From the NCBI RefSeq assembly GCF_963921235.1, contig NC_086108.1, positions 20,522,001-20,586,000 on the forward strand: DNA of 64,000 nt, given 5' to 3'. Positions 51,801-64,000 of this stretch are shown here, in pieces. Each line of letters starts with the position of its first letter. Position 1 is the first letter of the stretch. The translations under genes were made by a program, and so were the position numbers. This DNA is from Mobula hypostoma (lineage: Eukaryota). Under the pieces are notes generated by a model that saw nothing but the letters and a program-made list of their open reading frames with translations, was not told the origin of the DNA and did no database searches.

Positions 51801-53070
51801 TCCCTAACGTCCTGCGAAAGATCCCTAAACATCGACCACATGTCCATAGTACATTTCCCTGCAAAAACATCATCCCAATTCACACCCGCAAGTTCTAGCC
51901 TTGTAGCCTCATGATTTGCCCTTCCCCAATTAAAAATTTTCCTGTCCTCTCTGATTCTATCCTTTTCCATAATAATGCGAAAGACCAGGGAGCGGTGGTC
52001 ACTGTCCCCCAGATGCTCACCCACTGAGAGATCTGTGACCTGACCTGGTTCATTACCTAGTACTAGATCTAGTATGGCATTCCCTCTAGTTGGCCTGTGA
52101 ACATACTATGACAGGAATCCGTCCTGGACACACTTAACAAACTCTGCCCCATCCAAACCCTTGGAACTAATCAGGTGCCAATCAATATTAGGGAAGTTAA
52201 AGTCACCCATGATAACAACCCTGTTATTTTTGCACATTTCCAAAATCTGCCTCCCAATCTGCTCCTTGGCATCTCTGCTGCTACCAGGGGGCCTATAGAA
52301 TACTCCCAATAGAGTAGCTGCTTCCTTCCTGTTCCCGACTTCCACCCATACTGACTCAAAAGAGGATCCTGTTACATTATCCACCCTTTCTGTAGCTGTA
52401 ATAATATCCCTGATCAGTAATGCCACCCCTCTTCCCTTCCCCCCCACTATCCCTTTTAAAGCACTGAAATCCAGGAATATTGAGAATCTATTCCTGCCCT
52501 GGTGCCAGCCAAGTCTCTGTAATGGCCACTACATCATAATTCCATGTATGTATCCAAGCTCTCAGTTCATCACCTTTGTTCCTGATGCTTCTTGTATTGA
52601 AGGACATGCACTTTAGCCCTTCTACCTTACTACCTTTACACCCTTTATTATGCTTCTCTTTCCTCAAAGCTTCTCTATATGTTAGATCTGGCTTTACTCC
52701 ATGCGCTTCTTTCACTGCTCTATCGCTCTGGGTTCCATCCCCCTTGCAAGTTAGTTTAAACCCTCCCAAACCATGCTAGCAAACCTACCTGCAAGGATAT
52801 TGCTCCCCCTTGAGTTCAGGTGCAACCCATCCAATCTGTACAGGTCCCACCTTCCCCAGAAGAGATCCCAATGATCCAAAAATCTAAAACCCTGCTCCCT
52901 GCACCAACTCCTCAGCCATGCATTCAACTGCCATCTCCTCCAATTCTTACCATCACTATCACGTAGCACTGGCAGCAATCCTGAGAACGCCACCCTTGAG
53001 GTCCTGTTCTTCAGCCTTCTGCCTAGTTCCCAAAACTCACACTTCAGGACCTCATCCCTCATGCATTCCT
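48818..53070 (-). mobile_element. CR1 LINE (ORF1 C-terminus and ORF2 with several lesions), split by the insertion at 49411-50387
   Basis: ORFs 52751..53086 (esterase, DGLHLN), 52488..52769, 52106..52447, 51683..52024, 50375..51595 (KFADDTK) and 48874..49308. Confidence 0.93.
49411..50387 (+). mobile_element. Bipartite non-autonomous Rex1-type element (5' end and EN start fused to the 3' end)
   Basis: IVYSRDQL and ECSVMCFT..L...RADR...IELLAVGLRPY, then an abrupt jump to the C-terminal remnant and tail gggatcaataaag(tatc)n. Confidence 0.8.
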
Positions 53071-54331
53071 CATGTGGAAGAACCACATCTCCGTCATTAA
53101 CAAAAAGGCTCGGCAGAAAATATATTTTTTGCGGCAGCTGAAAATTCCACAGAGCATACTAGTATATTCTCTTCTGGAAAGCTCCCTTCTGGAAAACGCG
53201 ATTTAGAACTAATAATACAAAAATTTCACGGCATTTCAAAGGTTCAAAGATTCATTTATTATCGAAGTATGTATCTATATACAACTGTTTCTTCCCAAAG
53301 ACAAGTAATCTGTTCAATCATTTTAGTTAGTCCATTCCCAATCCACTTCCTCTATCAATTCCCTCACGAAAACACTTCAAACCACTTTTTATAATGCTTT
53401 TTATATCGTAAGTATATTCTGGTATTTATGTATTTATGCACAATTTATTCCATATCTGTACTAACTTAATTTTACATAATTCTTTATTCTTTATAATTGT
53501 TGAATGATATCATTTTTGTTGCATGCTATGCCATCACACCACAACACATTCCTAATACATGTAAGTGTATACGGCGAGTAAAGTTAACCCTTAATGACAG
53601 AGCAAGGAATAAAGGGTCTGTTTCAGGAATCCAGTGTCAGATTAATGAGGTTGAGTAAATGTAATACAGCCTCTATACTTGGAATGTTGGCCTGAGAGAG
53701 GACACCAATGTTGATTCTCTTGTTCTCCTAGTGCATTTGGAGGATTTTGTGGAGGCAGCATTGGTGGTATTTTGCCAATGACTTGAGATGCCTGTCAGAT
53801 CTAGTGCATGCTTCAGAGCATAGAGGAGGAAAAGATTACAGCTCACCAGTGCCAAAATTCAGGTTTTGATCTCCAAATACCCCTTTCTTCAATCAACGAG
53901 AGGCCACGCTGACACATTGAAGGCAATGATGAATTTCATCATCAATGTCTGTCTTCACTAACAGGTCACTCCCAAGATACAAGAGGTACACCAAATTTTC
54001 CAGGTTCTTACTTTGAATCTTTTATTGGAAGAGGGCAGAGCATACCTGGTACAAAGTATACCTGGGTCTAATCAATCTTAATATTTTGAAAACCTTAGAA
54101 ATACAAGTGGGAAAAACTACTCTACCATTTATGACTGGTATTTTACCTTTGCACCACTATCTCCATATTGCTTAAGTCACTTAATATCCTAATATCTACT
54201 GATCCTTGTTTGGAATATACTTGTGACTAAGCTCCCATAGCTCACATGGGGATTGAATTCCAAAGATTCACGATAGTTTAGGTGAAGAAACTTCTCATTT
54301 CAGGCTTGAATGGGTTTACACCTTCAGACTG

Positions 54332-55502
54332 TGTCATGGTCCGGTCCGTGAAGTCCGCATTTAAGTTCACGGTCCGGTCCATGGACTCAGGACTCTGGGT
54401 CTTCCAGCTGTCCCTTGTTTTGGTTGAGTTAATCATAGGCACCTGATTGCCATCTTGGGGCTTGGAATATAAGTGGCCTTGGGGTCGAGTGTGAGCTGCT
54501 GGTTTGTCTTGTCAAGATTCCCTGGGAGCAACCCGCTAGTGTAAGGCTAGAGCGGCCACTTGCCATCTTTAGGTTGCGTTGGTGAACCATTGCCTCATGG
54601 AGCCTTGTTGTCGGTAGTCGGATCTGTCGTTGTGGTATGGATTCGGCCGTTTCCCGGGCCAGCTGAGTGGCTGTCAGCTACTCCGAGCTAGGTAGGGATC
54701 CGGCTGTTTCCGTAGCCAGCCGAGGTTGCTGGCCGTAACTGCAACTCGGAGCAAACCCGATACGGAGATGGAACTGTCTGTCGTTCTTCAGTGTTTGTCT
54801 CCTCTTGTCCTCGCCTCCATGGGGTAAGTCAGGCCGTTCTGCCGTTGCCCTGCGGGGGATCTGTCTTGTCTTGTTCTTGCCTCCGTGGGGTAAGTCAAAC
54901 CGTTCTGCCATTGCCCTGCAGGGGGACCTGTCTTGTCTTGTCTTTGCCTCTGTTGGGTAAGTCCAGCTCTTCTGCTGTTACCCAACGGATGGACCTGTCC
55001 CACCTTGGTGTGGAGATAAAGTTGAGTCCTGCCTTGTCTAAGGATAAGTCCCGGCTCTATGCCTATGTACTGTCCAGTCTCATGTTAGTGTTGTGTTAAA
55101 GATGAGTCCCGGCTTTTCGAAGGATAAGTCCCAACTCTATGTTGATGTACAGTTCCCAGCCTGTCTCCAAGCTCAACCCTCAAGCCTCAAGACCCCAGCC
55201 ACGTTCTGTCCTGTAGCCATGTCATGTCCTTGCCTGGTTCTGAGGTCCGAGCCCAAGGCAAGACCCAGGTTCTGGGCCCTTGTCCAGTCTCTGGCTTGGG
55301 CTCCAAGCACAGGCTCCTAGTTCATGGTTCCTAGTCCCGGTCCCACCTCCCCAAGCCCAGGCTCCTAGTTCATGATTCCTTGTCCAGTTTCCCTGTTTCT
55401 TGTCCATGTCCTAGCCCAGGTCCTGCATCCAAGTCCTGTCCCAAGTACTTCAGTGTCTGTGTCTTGCATTTGGGTCTGCCATCAACGCCCTCCATTGTGA
55501 CA
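54332..55502. mobile_element. Solo LTR (1171 bp) inserted in an antisense CR1 remnant
   Basis: TGTCA...TGACA termini; 5-bp TSD GACTG at 54327-54331 and 55503-55507; internal tandem repeats. Confidence 0.85.
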
Positions 55503-55809
55503 GACTGTCACTTCTAATTCCATAAGAATTTTTATATGTTTAAGTGAGATCACCTCTCATTCTTTTAAACTCTCAAGAAAGCTTAATTTCTTAGAATGCT
55601 CAATTTCTCCTCCAAAGAAAATTCTATGATTCCTGCGTATTAATCCAGTGAATTTCCATTACAGTCCATCGATATTGGTTTTGGGGACAAAGAGGGGAGA
55701 GTTAGGGGTCATATTAGGGTTTAGGAATAGGGATATGAGGGAAGTTAGAGGCCAGGCTGGAGCCTAGGTCCCCACTCTGCACACCATGTTTGAAGGCCAG
55801 TGATATGGA

Positions 55810-56242
55810 TGTATGACAGAGCTCATGTGGATGGAGGAGCAAGACCATATATTCCATCTGGGTAGCCTCCACCTTTATAGCATGAATATTGATTTTCCTG
55901 GCTTTAAAAAAAATCTCCCCTCCTGTATTCCCCACTCTGACCTTTTACCTCTTCTCACCTACCTATCACTTCCCTTGGGTCCCCTTCTCTTTTCCCTTCT
56001 CCCAAGGTCCAATCTCCTCTCCTATCTGATACCTTCTTCTCAGCCCTTCGCCTTTCCCACCCACCTGGCTGCACCTATCATCTTCCAGCTCACCTCCTTC
56101 CCCTCCCCCCATCTTTTTATTCATGCATCCTCCTTCCTTCTCAGTCCTTAAGAACAGTCTCAGCCTGAAACGTCAACTGTTTACTCATTTCCATACTGCC
56201 TGCCCTGCTGAGTTCCTCCAACATTTCCTGCCACACACACTA
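55810..56242 (+). mobile_element. Penelope-like 3' fragment
   Basis: Reads EEQDHIFHLGSLHLYSMNIDF; pyrimidine-rich UTR; decayed hammerhead at 56142-56179. Confidence 0.75.
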
Positions 56243-56887
56243 AATCACTTGGTCTCTGACTTCCTCAATGGACTCACAGTCAGGACTTCGGCCACCAGGC
56301 CTCAACTTCTGTACTTCCAATTGACCTTCAGCCTCAAACTCCAAACTTGCCATTTGTATACCTAGCGGGTCATGTTTGTGTTTCTGTGGAAGGATACAGG
56401 CTGTGCCCCACCCCCAACCCACCCCAGGTCATTTAGTCCTCCCAATTTGGCAGGTCCTGGGACTGGTCATCTGTATGGAAAGGAGGCATGAGGGCCAATG
56501 ACCCGCTAGGTATACAAATTGCGAGTCTAGAGTTTGAGGCCTGAAGTTCGGGGTCCTGTCATTGTTGACCATGGGATTGATAGTGGAGATCAAAGCCTGA
56601 AGGTCAATTGGAAGTATGGAAGTTGAGGCCTGGTGGCCAAAGTCCTGGCTCTGAGTCAGAGACCCAGTGATTATGAATCCACTGGAGGCTGGAGGCCCAG
56701 AGGCAGACTGAACTACGGTTGGAATACTGTCTGTGCTTGTGAGTGGGTGGGTGGGTGCAAGGAAAGTGACTTGTTTTACTGTTGTTATGTTGTTGTTGCT
56801 CTGCTTGTGAACATTATGGACATGCTATGTTGGGCACAGAATGTGTGGTGATACTTGTGGGCTGAGCTCAGCAGAGTCTTAGGTTGC

Positions 56888-57625
56888 AAACACACAATAA
56901 TCTGCAGATGCTGGAAATCTAAAGCAACACACATGAAATGCTGGAGGAACTCAGCAGACCAGGTAGCATCTATGGAAAAGAGTAAACAGTCATTGTTTTG
57001 GGCTGAGACCCTTTGTCAGGACTGGAAAGGAAGAGGTGAAGTCAGATCAAGTAGGTGGAGGGAGGGGAGGAAAAAGTACAAAGTGGTTGGTAACAGGTGA
57101 AACTAGGAGAGGGGGAGGGGGGTAAGTAAAGAGATGGGAAGTTGATTGGTGAAAGAGATAGAGGGCTGGAGAAGGGAGAATATGATAGGTGAGGACATAA
57201 GACCATGGAAGAAAGGGAAGGGGGAGGAGCACCAGAGGGAGGTGATAGGCAGGTAAGGATATAAGGTGAGAGTGGGAAACAGGAATGGGGAAAGATGAAG
57301 GGGTGGGGGGGGGGAGAGTTCGAGAAATTGATGTTCATGCCATCAGGTTGAAGGCTACCCAATTGGAATATAAGGTGTTGCTCCTCCAACCTGAGTGTGG
57401 CCTCATTGTGGCAATAGAGGAATCCATGAACTGACACATTAGAATGAGAATGGGAAGTAGAATTAAAATGAGTGGCCACCAGGAGATCCTGCTTTTTGTG
57501 GTGGACAGAGCGAAGGTGCTCAGCAAAGCTGTCTCCTAATCTACATCAGGTCTCACTGCTATACAGGAGGTCACACCAGGAGCACCAGATACAGTAGATG
57601 ACCTCAACAGACTTGCAGGTAAAAC
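56888..57625 (-). mobile_element. Penelope-like 3' fragment (GIY-YIG C-terminal part)
   Basis: ORF 57042..57479 reads VATHFNSTSHSHSNVSVHG...RLEEQHLIFQLGSLQPDGMNINF; decayed hammerhead at 56987-57024. Confidence 0.85.
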
Positions 57626-59390
57626 GTTGCTTCTTAAAGTGCTGTCTGTTAACGCAAATGACACAGTTCACTGTATGTTTCACTGTACGTGTGATAAAAA
57701 AATTAACCTATTCAAATCCAAGAGATGCAAGATGTATACAATATTCCAGGTGTAATCTCACCCAGGGTGCTGTGTAATTGTAGTAATATGTCTTTACTCC
57801 TGTAATCCAATTCTCTTGCAATGAAAACCATATTGCATCTTTCTCCTTAATTGCTTCTTGCACCTGCATGCAAAGTTTCAGATATACATGTAAATGGACA
57901 TAGAGGTCCCTCCAAACCTCAACATTTAGTTATGACTTGCAAATTTTGTTGTTTTTTTCAGCTTTCACTCTACTTTCAACATTTTATAAATAATAAAAAT
58001 GTATCAGCAACCCATACTTATTTGTACGCACGGTTGACAATTTTAAGATAAATCAAGAGAAAATTTTTACAATTCTTTCCATTCCTCCACCACCCTAACA
58101 TACCTTACTGCTTTATGAATATGAACATCAGCCATTATGGGGATTTGAAAATTGGTTTTCAAGCTCATGCTGTGGGAGGTACATATTGTAAGCCTTGGTC
58201 TGTTCAAAAGCAGTTTTCCCTCACAGTTCTTATTTGCAAGAGCTGGAATTTCTTGATATAAATCCTTTTAGTACTCCCATTAAGAAAGAATTAAGTTACA
58301 AAACAGCTATCATGCAATAACCTGGAGACGATGAACACTGAATTCTGGCAACTATATACTTATTTTCTAATGCTTAATGACAATTGCCAAATGGTTTCAA
58401 CTTTACAGGGCCACATGGAGAAACTTTGCAGTTAATGATTACAATTGTAAAAATGGACCCTTTCATTCCCTCAGTATTGGCAGGAGTATTTGATTAAGCT
58501 CAGCATTAAACATTGCACCTATTAAACAGATGATGCTTGAAAACAGATTAAATGAATTTTGCAGTCTGAGAATTCAGAACTTTTTTTAAAGAATGTGATA
58601 GGATCTGCCAGTTATTGAACTAACGTCAGTTGGCAATAAAATGAGAATTTGAGGAAGGCACTGTGGTTAGCTGCTATGGAAGCAGTAAAATACACACCAA
58701 AATTCATCCAAGACTGCATCATGGTGACTGTGTAATAGAGTTTGACTCTGCAAAAAAGAGTAGTCGCAAAATCAAAGACAAAAAAATAAAGAATACAAAA
58801 CTTTTTCAAGCACTGATCTTCAACTTCACATTGGTCAGTGTAAGTCACACCTCTTTCTAAATGAGCGCATGTGGGAATCTCCCAATTACTGTCCAGATCA
58901 AAAATCCTCAGGACATGATTGTTTAAGGTGAGAAAACCTTTTCCTCAGGGAATGTACAGAATGATCTTGACCAGTTTGCCGCTCCTTAACTTGCACTTGA
59001 AGAAGCACTTGCATACAAACAGTTCTTTCAAAGCCAAGATATTGAAATATTCTCATGAAGCAAGAGGAACGGGCTGGCTCACCCTCCTAAAGGATGCTCT
59101 CACGTTGGTGTCAGAGACTGAAATTCAGAGTGATCAGGGAATGTGGAAGTTTGTGAAGGTTCCTCCATGTTTTGATGGTCAAAGTGAGCATAGATAGCGA
59201 ATAACACAGTTAAAGGTGACATCCTTTGGACAATTCATTACTTTCATTTCTTACAGTAGAGTGAAGGGAATTACAGAGGCATGAGAGAGGAGTTGGCCAG
59301 AATTCATTGGAAAAGAACACTGGCAGGGATGATGGCAGAGCAGCAATGGCTGGAATTTCTGGAAGCAATTCAGAAGGCACAGGACATATA

Positions 59391-61117
59391 CAGTGCCTAT
59401 AAAAAGTATTCACACCCTTTGGAGGTCTTTATTGTTTTAAACATTGGATCACAACGTATTTAATTTGACTTTTTTTTGACGTTGATCAACAGAAAAATCT
59501 GGACACTGCAATTTCCACCCCCTCTCTCCATCCTTCTTTACAGAACTGCTCAAGATCTGTCAGATTGCATGGGGATCATGAGAGAATAGCCCTTTTCAAG
59601 TCCAGCTACAGCTTCTCAATTGGATTCAGGTCTGGACTCTGACTTGGCCACTCCAGGACATTAACTTTGTTGTTTTTAAGCCATTCTTGTGTAGCTTTGG
59701 CTTTATGCTTGGGGTTATTGTCTTGTTGTAAAAGAATTCTTCTCCCAAGTTGCAGTTCTCTTGCAGAATACATCAGATTTTCCTCCAGGATTTCCATGTA
59801 TTTTGCTGCATTCATTTTATCCTCTACCTTCACAAGTCTTCTAGGGCCTGTTGCAGTGAAGCATCCCCACAGCATGATGCAGTCACCACCATGCTTCACG
59901 GTTGTGATGGTGTGTTTTTGCTGATGTGCAGTATTTGGCTTACGCCAAACATAGCATTTAGTCTGATGGTCAAAAAGCTTAATTTTGGTTTTATCAGACC
60001 ATAGAACCTTCTTCCAACTGACTTCACAGTGTTCCACATGTCTTCTGGCAACCTCTAGCTGAGATTTCATGTGAGTTTTTTTCAACAGAGGCTTTCTCTT
60101 TGCCACTCTCCGATAAAGCTGCGACTGGTGCAGTATGGCAACAGTTGCTGTATGTGCAGTCTCTCCCATCTCAGTCACTGAAGCTTGTAACTTCTCCAGA
60201 GTTGTCATAGGTCTCTTGGTGGCCTCCCTCACTAGTCCCCCTCTTACACAGTCACTCAGTTTTTGTGGACAGTCTGCTCTAGGCAAATTTAAGCTGTGTC
60301 ATATTCTTTCCATTTCTTGATGATTGACTTAACTGTACCAAGTGGTTAAGGCATTCGACTAGCGATCTGAAGGTCATGAGTTTGAGCCCCAGTCGAAACA
60401 GTGTGCTGTGTCCTTGAGCAAGGCACTTAATCACACAGTGCTCTGCGACAACACTGGTGTGAAGCTGTATGGGTCCTAATGCCCTTCCCTTGGACAACAT
60501 CAGTGTCATGGAGAGGGGAGACTTGCAGCATGGGCAACTGCCTGTCTTACATACAACCTTGCCCACGCCTGCACCCTGGAGAGTGAAGACTTTGGTCTCG
60601 CAAGACTAACAGATGCCTTTATTTCAAGAAATATTCAGTGCCTTGGAAAATATTTTGTATCCATCTCCTGATTTGTGTTTTTGAATAACCTTTCACGGAG
60701 TTGTTTGGAATGTTCTCTTGTCTTCATGGTGTAGTTTTTGCCAGGATACTGACTCACCAGCAGCTGGACCTTCCAGATACAGGTGTATCTTTATTATAAT
60801 CAATTGAAACACCTTGACTGCACTCGGTGATCTCCATTTACCTAATTACGTGACTTCAAAAACCAATTGGCTGCACTAGTGATGATTTAGTATGTCATAT
60901 TAAAGGGGTGAATACTTATGCAATCAATTATTTTGTGTTTTATATTTCTAATTAATTTAGATCTCATTGTAGAGATCTGTTTTCACTTTGACACAAAAGT
61001 CTTTTTCTATTGATCAGTGTCAAAAAAGGCCAAATTAAATCCACTATGATTCAATGTTTTAAAACAATAAAACATGAAAACTTACAGAGGGTGGGGAAAT
61101 ACTTTTTATAGGCACTG
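59391..61117 (-). mobile_element. Tc1 (DD34E) transposon, defective
   Basis: TIRs cagtgcctataaaaagtatt / aatactttttataggcactg with TA on both sides. ORF 59606..60286 has WSDKTKI, QQDNNPKH and SPDLNPIE, with 34 residues between the second D and E. Confidence 0.93.
60338..60620 (+). mobile_element. tRNA-derived SINE inserted in the Tc1
   Basis: A-box-like caagtggttaagg, decayed B-box gagtttgagcccc, body gtgtccttgagcaaggcacttaa; interrupts the Tc1 sequence. Confidence 0.75.
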
Positions 61118-62408
61118 TACATCCCAAAAAAGTATTCTAAAGGAAAGATGACAGAGCCAACAAAAAAGCCAAAGAGAGGGCATTTAATACAGCAAAACTT
61201 AGTGGGAAGTTACAGGATTGGGAAGCATTTAAAAACCAACAGAAAGCAACTAAAAAAAAGTCATTAAGAAGGTAAAGATGGAATATGAAAATAAGCTAGC
61301 TAATAATATTAAAGAGGATAGAAAAAGTTTCTTCAGATACATTAAGTGTAGAAGAGAGGCCAGAGTGGATATTAGACTGCTGGAAAACGATGCTGGATAG
61401 ATAGTAATTGGGGACAACGAAATGGTGGACAAACTGAATAACATCTTCAGCATTTTGTGTGTGTTGCTCAGATTTCCAGCATTGCAGATTTTCTCTTGTT
61501 CGTGATGAATTGAGTAAGTATTTTGTGTCAGACTTCACTGTGGAAGACACTATCAGTATGGTGAAAGCTCCAGGTGTTAGGGGTCATGCAGTGTGTGAAG
61601 TTACCATGACCAGAGAGATGGTTCTTGCAAAATTGAAAGGTCCAAAGTTAAAAAAGTCACCTGGAACAGATGGTGTACACCCCAGGGTTCTGAAAGAGGT
61701 AGCTGAAGAGATTATGGAGGCATTAGTAATGATCTTTTAAGAATCACTAGATTCTGGAATGGTTCCAGAAGACTGGAAAATTGCAAATGTCACTCCACTC
61801 TTTAAGAAGTGAGAGAAGCAGAAGAAAGGAAACTATAGCCCAGTTAGTCTGACTTCAGTGGTTGGGAAAATGTTGGAGTTGATTATTAAGGATGAGGTCT
61901 CAGGGTACTTGCAGGCACATGATAAAATAGGCCATAGCCAGCATGGTTTTCTCAAGGGGAAATCTTGCCTGACAAATCTGTTGGAATTCTTTGAAGAAAT
62001 AACAAATAGGATAGACAAAGGAGAATCTGTTGATAATGTGTACTTGGATTTTCAGTAAATCTTTGACAAGGTGCCACACACGAGGCTGCTTAACAAGCTT
62101 CAAGTCCATGTTATTACAGGAAAGGTTCTAGCATGGATAAAGCAGTGGCTGATTGGCAGAATGGGAATAAAGGGAGCCTTTTCTGATTGGCTGCCAGTGA
62201 CTGGAAATATTCTACAGGGTTCTGTGTTGAGACCGGTTCTTTTTACATTATCTTTCAATGATTTGAATGATGGAACTGATGGCTTTGTTGCAAAGTTTGC
62301 AGACAATATGAAGATAGGTGGAGTGGTGGGTAGTTTTGAGGAAATAGAGAGGCTTCAGAAGACAGACAGATTAGGAGAATAGGCAAAGAAATAGCAGATG
62401 GAATACGA

Positions 62409-62556
62409 ATGCACCTCTGACGTCATTTCTGCCCGGAGAGGGCTGGAAGGGAACTGCTTAAAAGCCAGTGCTGCGAAGTTTGAATAAGCGAGTCTTGAGT
62501 ACGACTTACAGACTGTGTCTCATTATTTCTAGCTCTGTGTGTAGCACATCGCTACA
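62409..62556 (+). repeat. Partial LTR-like sequence
   Basis: TATA-like cttaaaag, poly(A)-like aataag, ends ...catcgctaca. Confidence 0.35.
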
Positions 62557-62589
62557 CTTTGATAATAAATTTACTTTGAACTTTGAAGA

Positions 62590-63030
62590 TTGTTGTTGCA
62601 ACACCACTTAACCAGCTGATCTATCTCACTCTTGTACGCCTCCTTGAATTTAAGATTCTGCCAACAACATCTGTGTCACCCACAAATTTATAAATGGTAT
62701 TTGAGCTGTACCTAGCCACAGTCATGGGTGCACAGAGAGTAGAGCAGCGAGCTAAGCGCACATCCTTGAGGTGTGCCGGTATTAATCGTCCCAATGAGGA
62801 AGTCAAGAATACAGCTGCAGAGAGAGGTACAGACTCCCAGGTTTTGAAGCTTATTGATTAGTACTGAGGGGATGACGGTGTTGAATGCTGAGCTGTAATC
62901 AATGAGCAGCAGCCTGATGTAGGTATTTTTGTCGTCCGGGTGGTCCCCGAGGTCTAATGTGGAACCATTGACTGTAGATCTACTGTGGTAGTAGAAAAAC
63001 TGCAGCAGGTTCTTAGGCATCTTTGCCTAA
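62590..63030 (-). mobile_element. Rex1/Babar RT fragment
   Basis: Reads TYIRLLLIDYSSAFNTVIP, GTPQGCALSSLLYSL and IYKFVGDT. Confidence 0.85.
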
Positions 63031-63032
63031 GT

Positions 63033-64000
63033 CAGGGGTGTCAAACTCATTTTAGGTCACGGGCTGGATTGGGCAAAACGCGACTTCATGAGGGCTGGAT
63101 CAGTAGTGCGCGCGCGTGCTCCTACAGCTTTCGTTGCCTTCGTTGTTTTAATCTGCTCTCATGTTGTCTCAGTCTCTGCTGTAACTACAAAGTGTTTCAC
63201 TTTACGCATTTCATTTCTTATGAAGAAGATTGCCTAGCAAGCATTATTTTTATGATTGGTATTAACTTACAGTCGTAGGCTACAAGAAAGTTGTGATGAG
63301 AGAGAGAAAAAAACGATGCTATTTTGGCTCAGATTCTTTTGGGAGCCATACCCTTTCAATTAATAAACCATTTGAAATCGAACATTAGCAGACACAAATG
63401 TAGACCTAATGAAACAAATTGTAAATGTAGGCTAACTGCACCTAAATTTTATTCGCCTGCTTCCAGCAACCAAACTCAACAATGAACATAGTTAGCCTCT
63501 AATTTTTATTGAAGTGATCACATATACAATAATAGAATTGTCAGAAAATGAATGAATCACAATATTATGACACTCAATATTTCATAATGCATTTTGCTTA
63601 CATGTCGCAGAGCATCGAACAATGTCACTCATTTTTCACTTGCTGCTTCCAGACACCTGACATCTCTTGGCTTTAACCAGCCTGTCAACATCAGGGATCA
63701 GTTTCTGGGCAGTTGTGATTTTCATAATGTCATTTAGATGTCTGTGTGTCAGCTGCGAGCGCAGTTTGGATTTGTTAATGTTCATTATGGAGAACGCCTG
63801 CTCACTGAGATATGTTGTCCCAAACATACAAAGGATCTTTGAGGCAAAGTCTGTCATCTTGGGGTACACCGGTCCCAGATATTGATAGAATGAGTCCAGA
63901 TCCACAGTCTCAAATTTATATTTCAAAGCTAAGTTACACTGAATTTCAATTAGTTCCATTTGGAGTTCCTCCAGCACATCTGATGCTGCGTTGATGGCAA
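63033..64000 (-). mobile_element. hAT (Charlie/GTF2IRD2-like) transposon, 3' end; runs off the window
   Basis: Terminus caggggtgtcaaactc at 63033. ORF 63636..63977 reads MELIEIQCN...MFGTTYLSEQAFSIMNINKSKLRSQLT (hAT dimerisation domain). Confidence 0.88.

Larger units (their letters stand above)
59190..62408 (+). mobile_element. Degraded CR1 ORF2, split by a Tc1 (59391-61117) and a short Penelope tail (~61445-61503)
   Basis: MREELARIHW..QWLEFL before the Tc1; PGTDGVHPRVLKEVA, QHGFLKGKSCLTNLLEFF and KFADNMK after it. Confidence 0.85.

Noticed and set aside
58620..59190. Unique-looking stretch with short ORFs
   Set aside because: No recognisable protein motif or convincing exon structure in any frame I read.
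60338..60400. tRNA gene
   Set aside because: This is a SINE head with decayed A and B boxes and no complete cloverleaf.
1..64000. Prokaryotic RT-based system, CRISPR array or operon
   Set aside because: All RT ORFs are CR1, Rex1, RTE or I-type LINEs within spliceosomal introns; there is no repeat-spacer array or operon structure.
33245..64000. Upstream RALGPS2 exon (…LRRKTLLKEGKKPT) or a nested ANGPTL1 gene
   Set aside because: I searched by eye and found neither; they probably lie outside the window, although a short exon could have been missed.

Overview
Eukaryotic (vertebrate) genomic DNA, most likely a cartilaginous fish such as a ray or shark; this is inferred from the repeat repertoire and not proven. 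The window holds the 3' end of one host gene on the minus strand, RALGPS2. Four phase-compatible GT-AG exons (33152-33244, 21222-21327, 20885-20976, 881-910) encode the C-terminal PH domain and stop, and the 3'UTR runs off the left edge. I did not find the next upstream exon, so 33245-64000 is probably one long intron. The introns are packed with nested transposable elements: many CR1 LINEs (one with a near-intact ORF2), Rex1/Babar LINEs, two RNase H-bearing I/Nimb-type LINEs, RTE fragments, Penelope-like remnants, Tc1 and hAT transposons and MITEs, a deleted Gypsy element, LTRs and SINEs. Almost all long ORFs in the track are TE-derived or antisense shadows. No prokaryotic or CRISPR-type system is present. 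The most interesting signals are at the RNA level. One is an intact minimal hammerhead ribozyme motif in a ~97-bp Penelope-derived insertion (39886-39921). The other is a conserved U_UUA_AAC slippery heptamer at the ORF1/ORF2 junction of several independent CR1 copies, suggesting -1 frameshifting. TE boundaries without a stated TSD/TIR are approximate, and all family calls are by-eye motif recognition rather than database searches.
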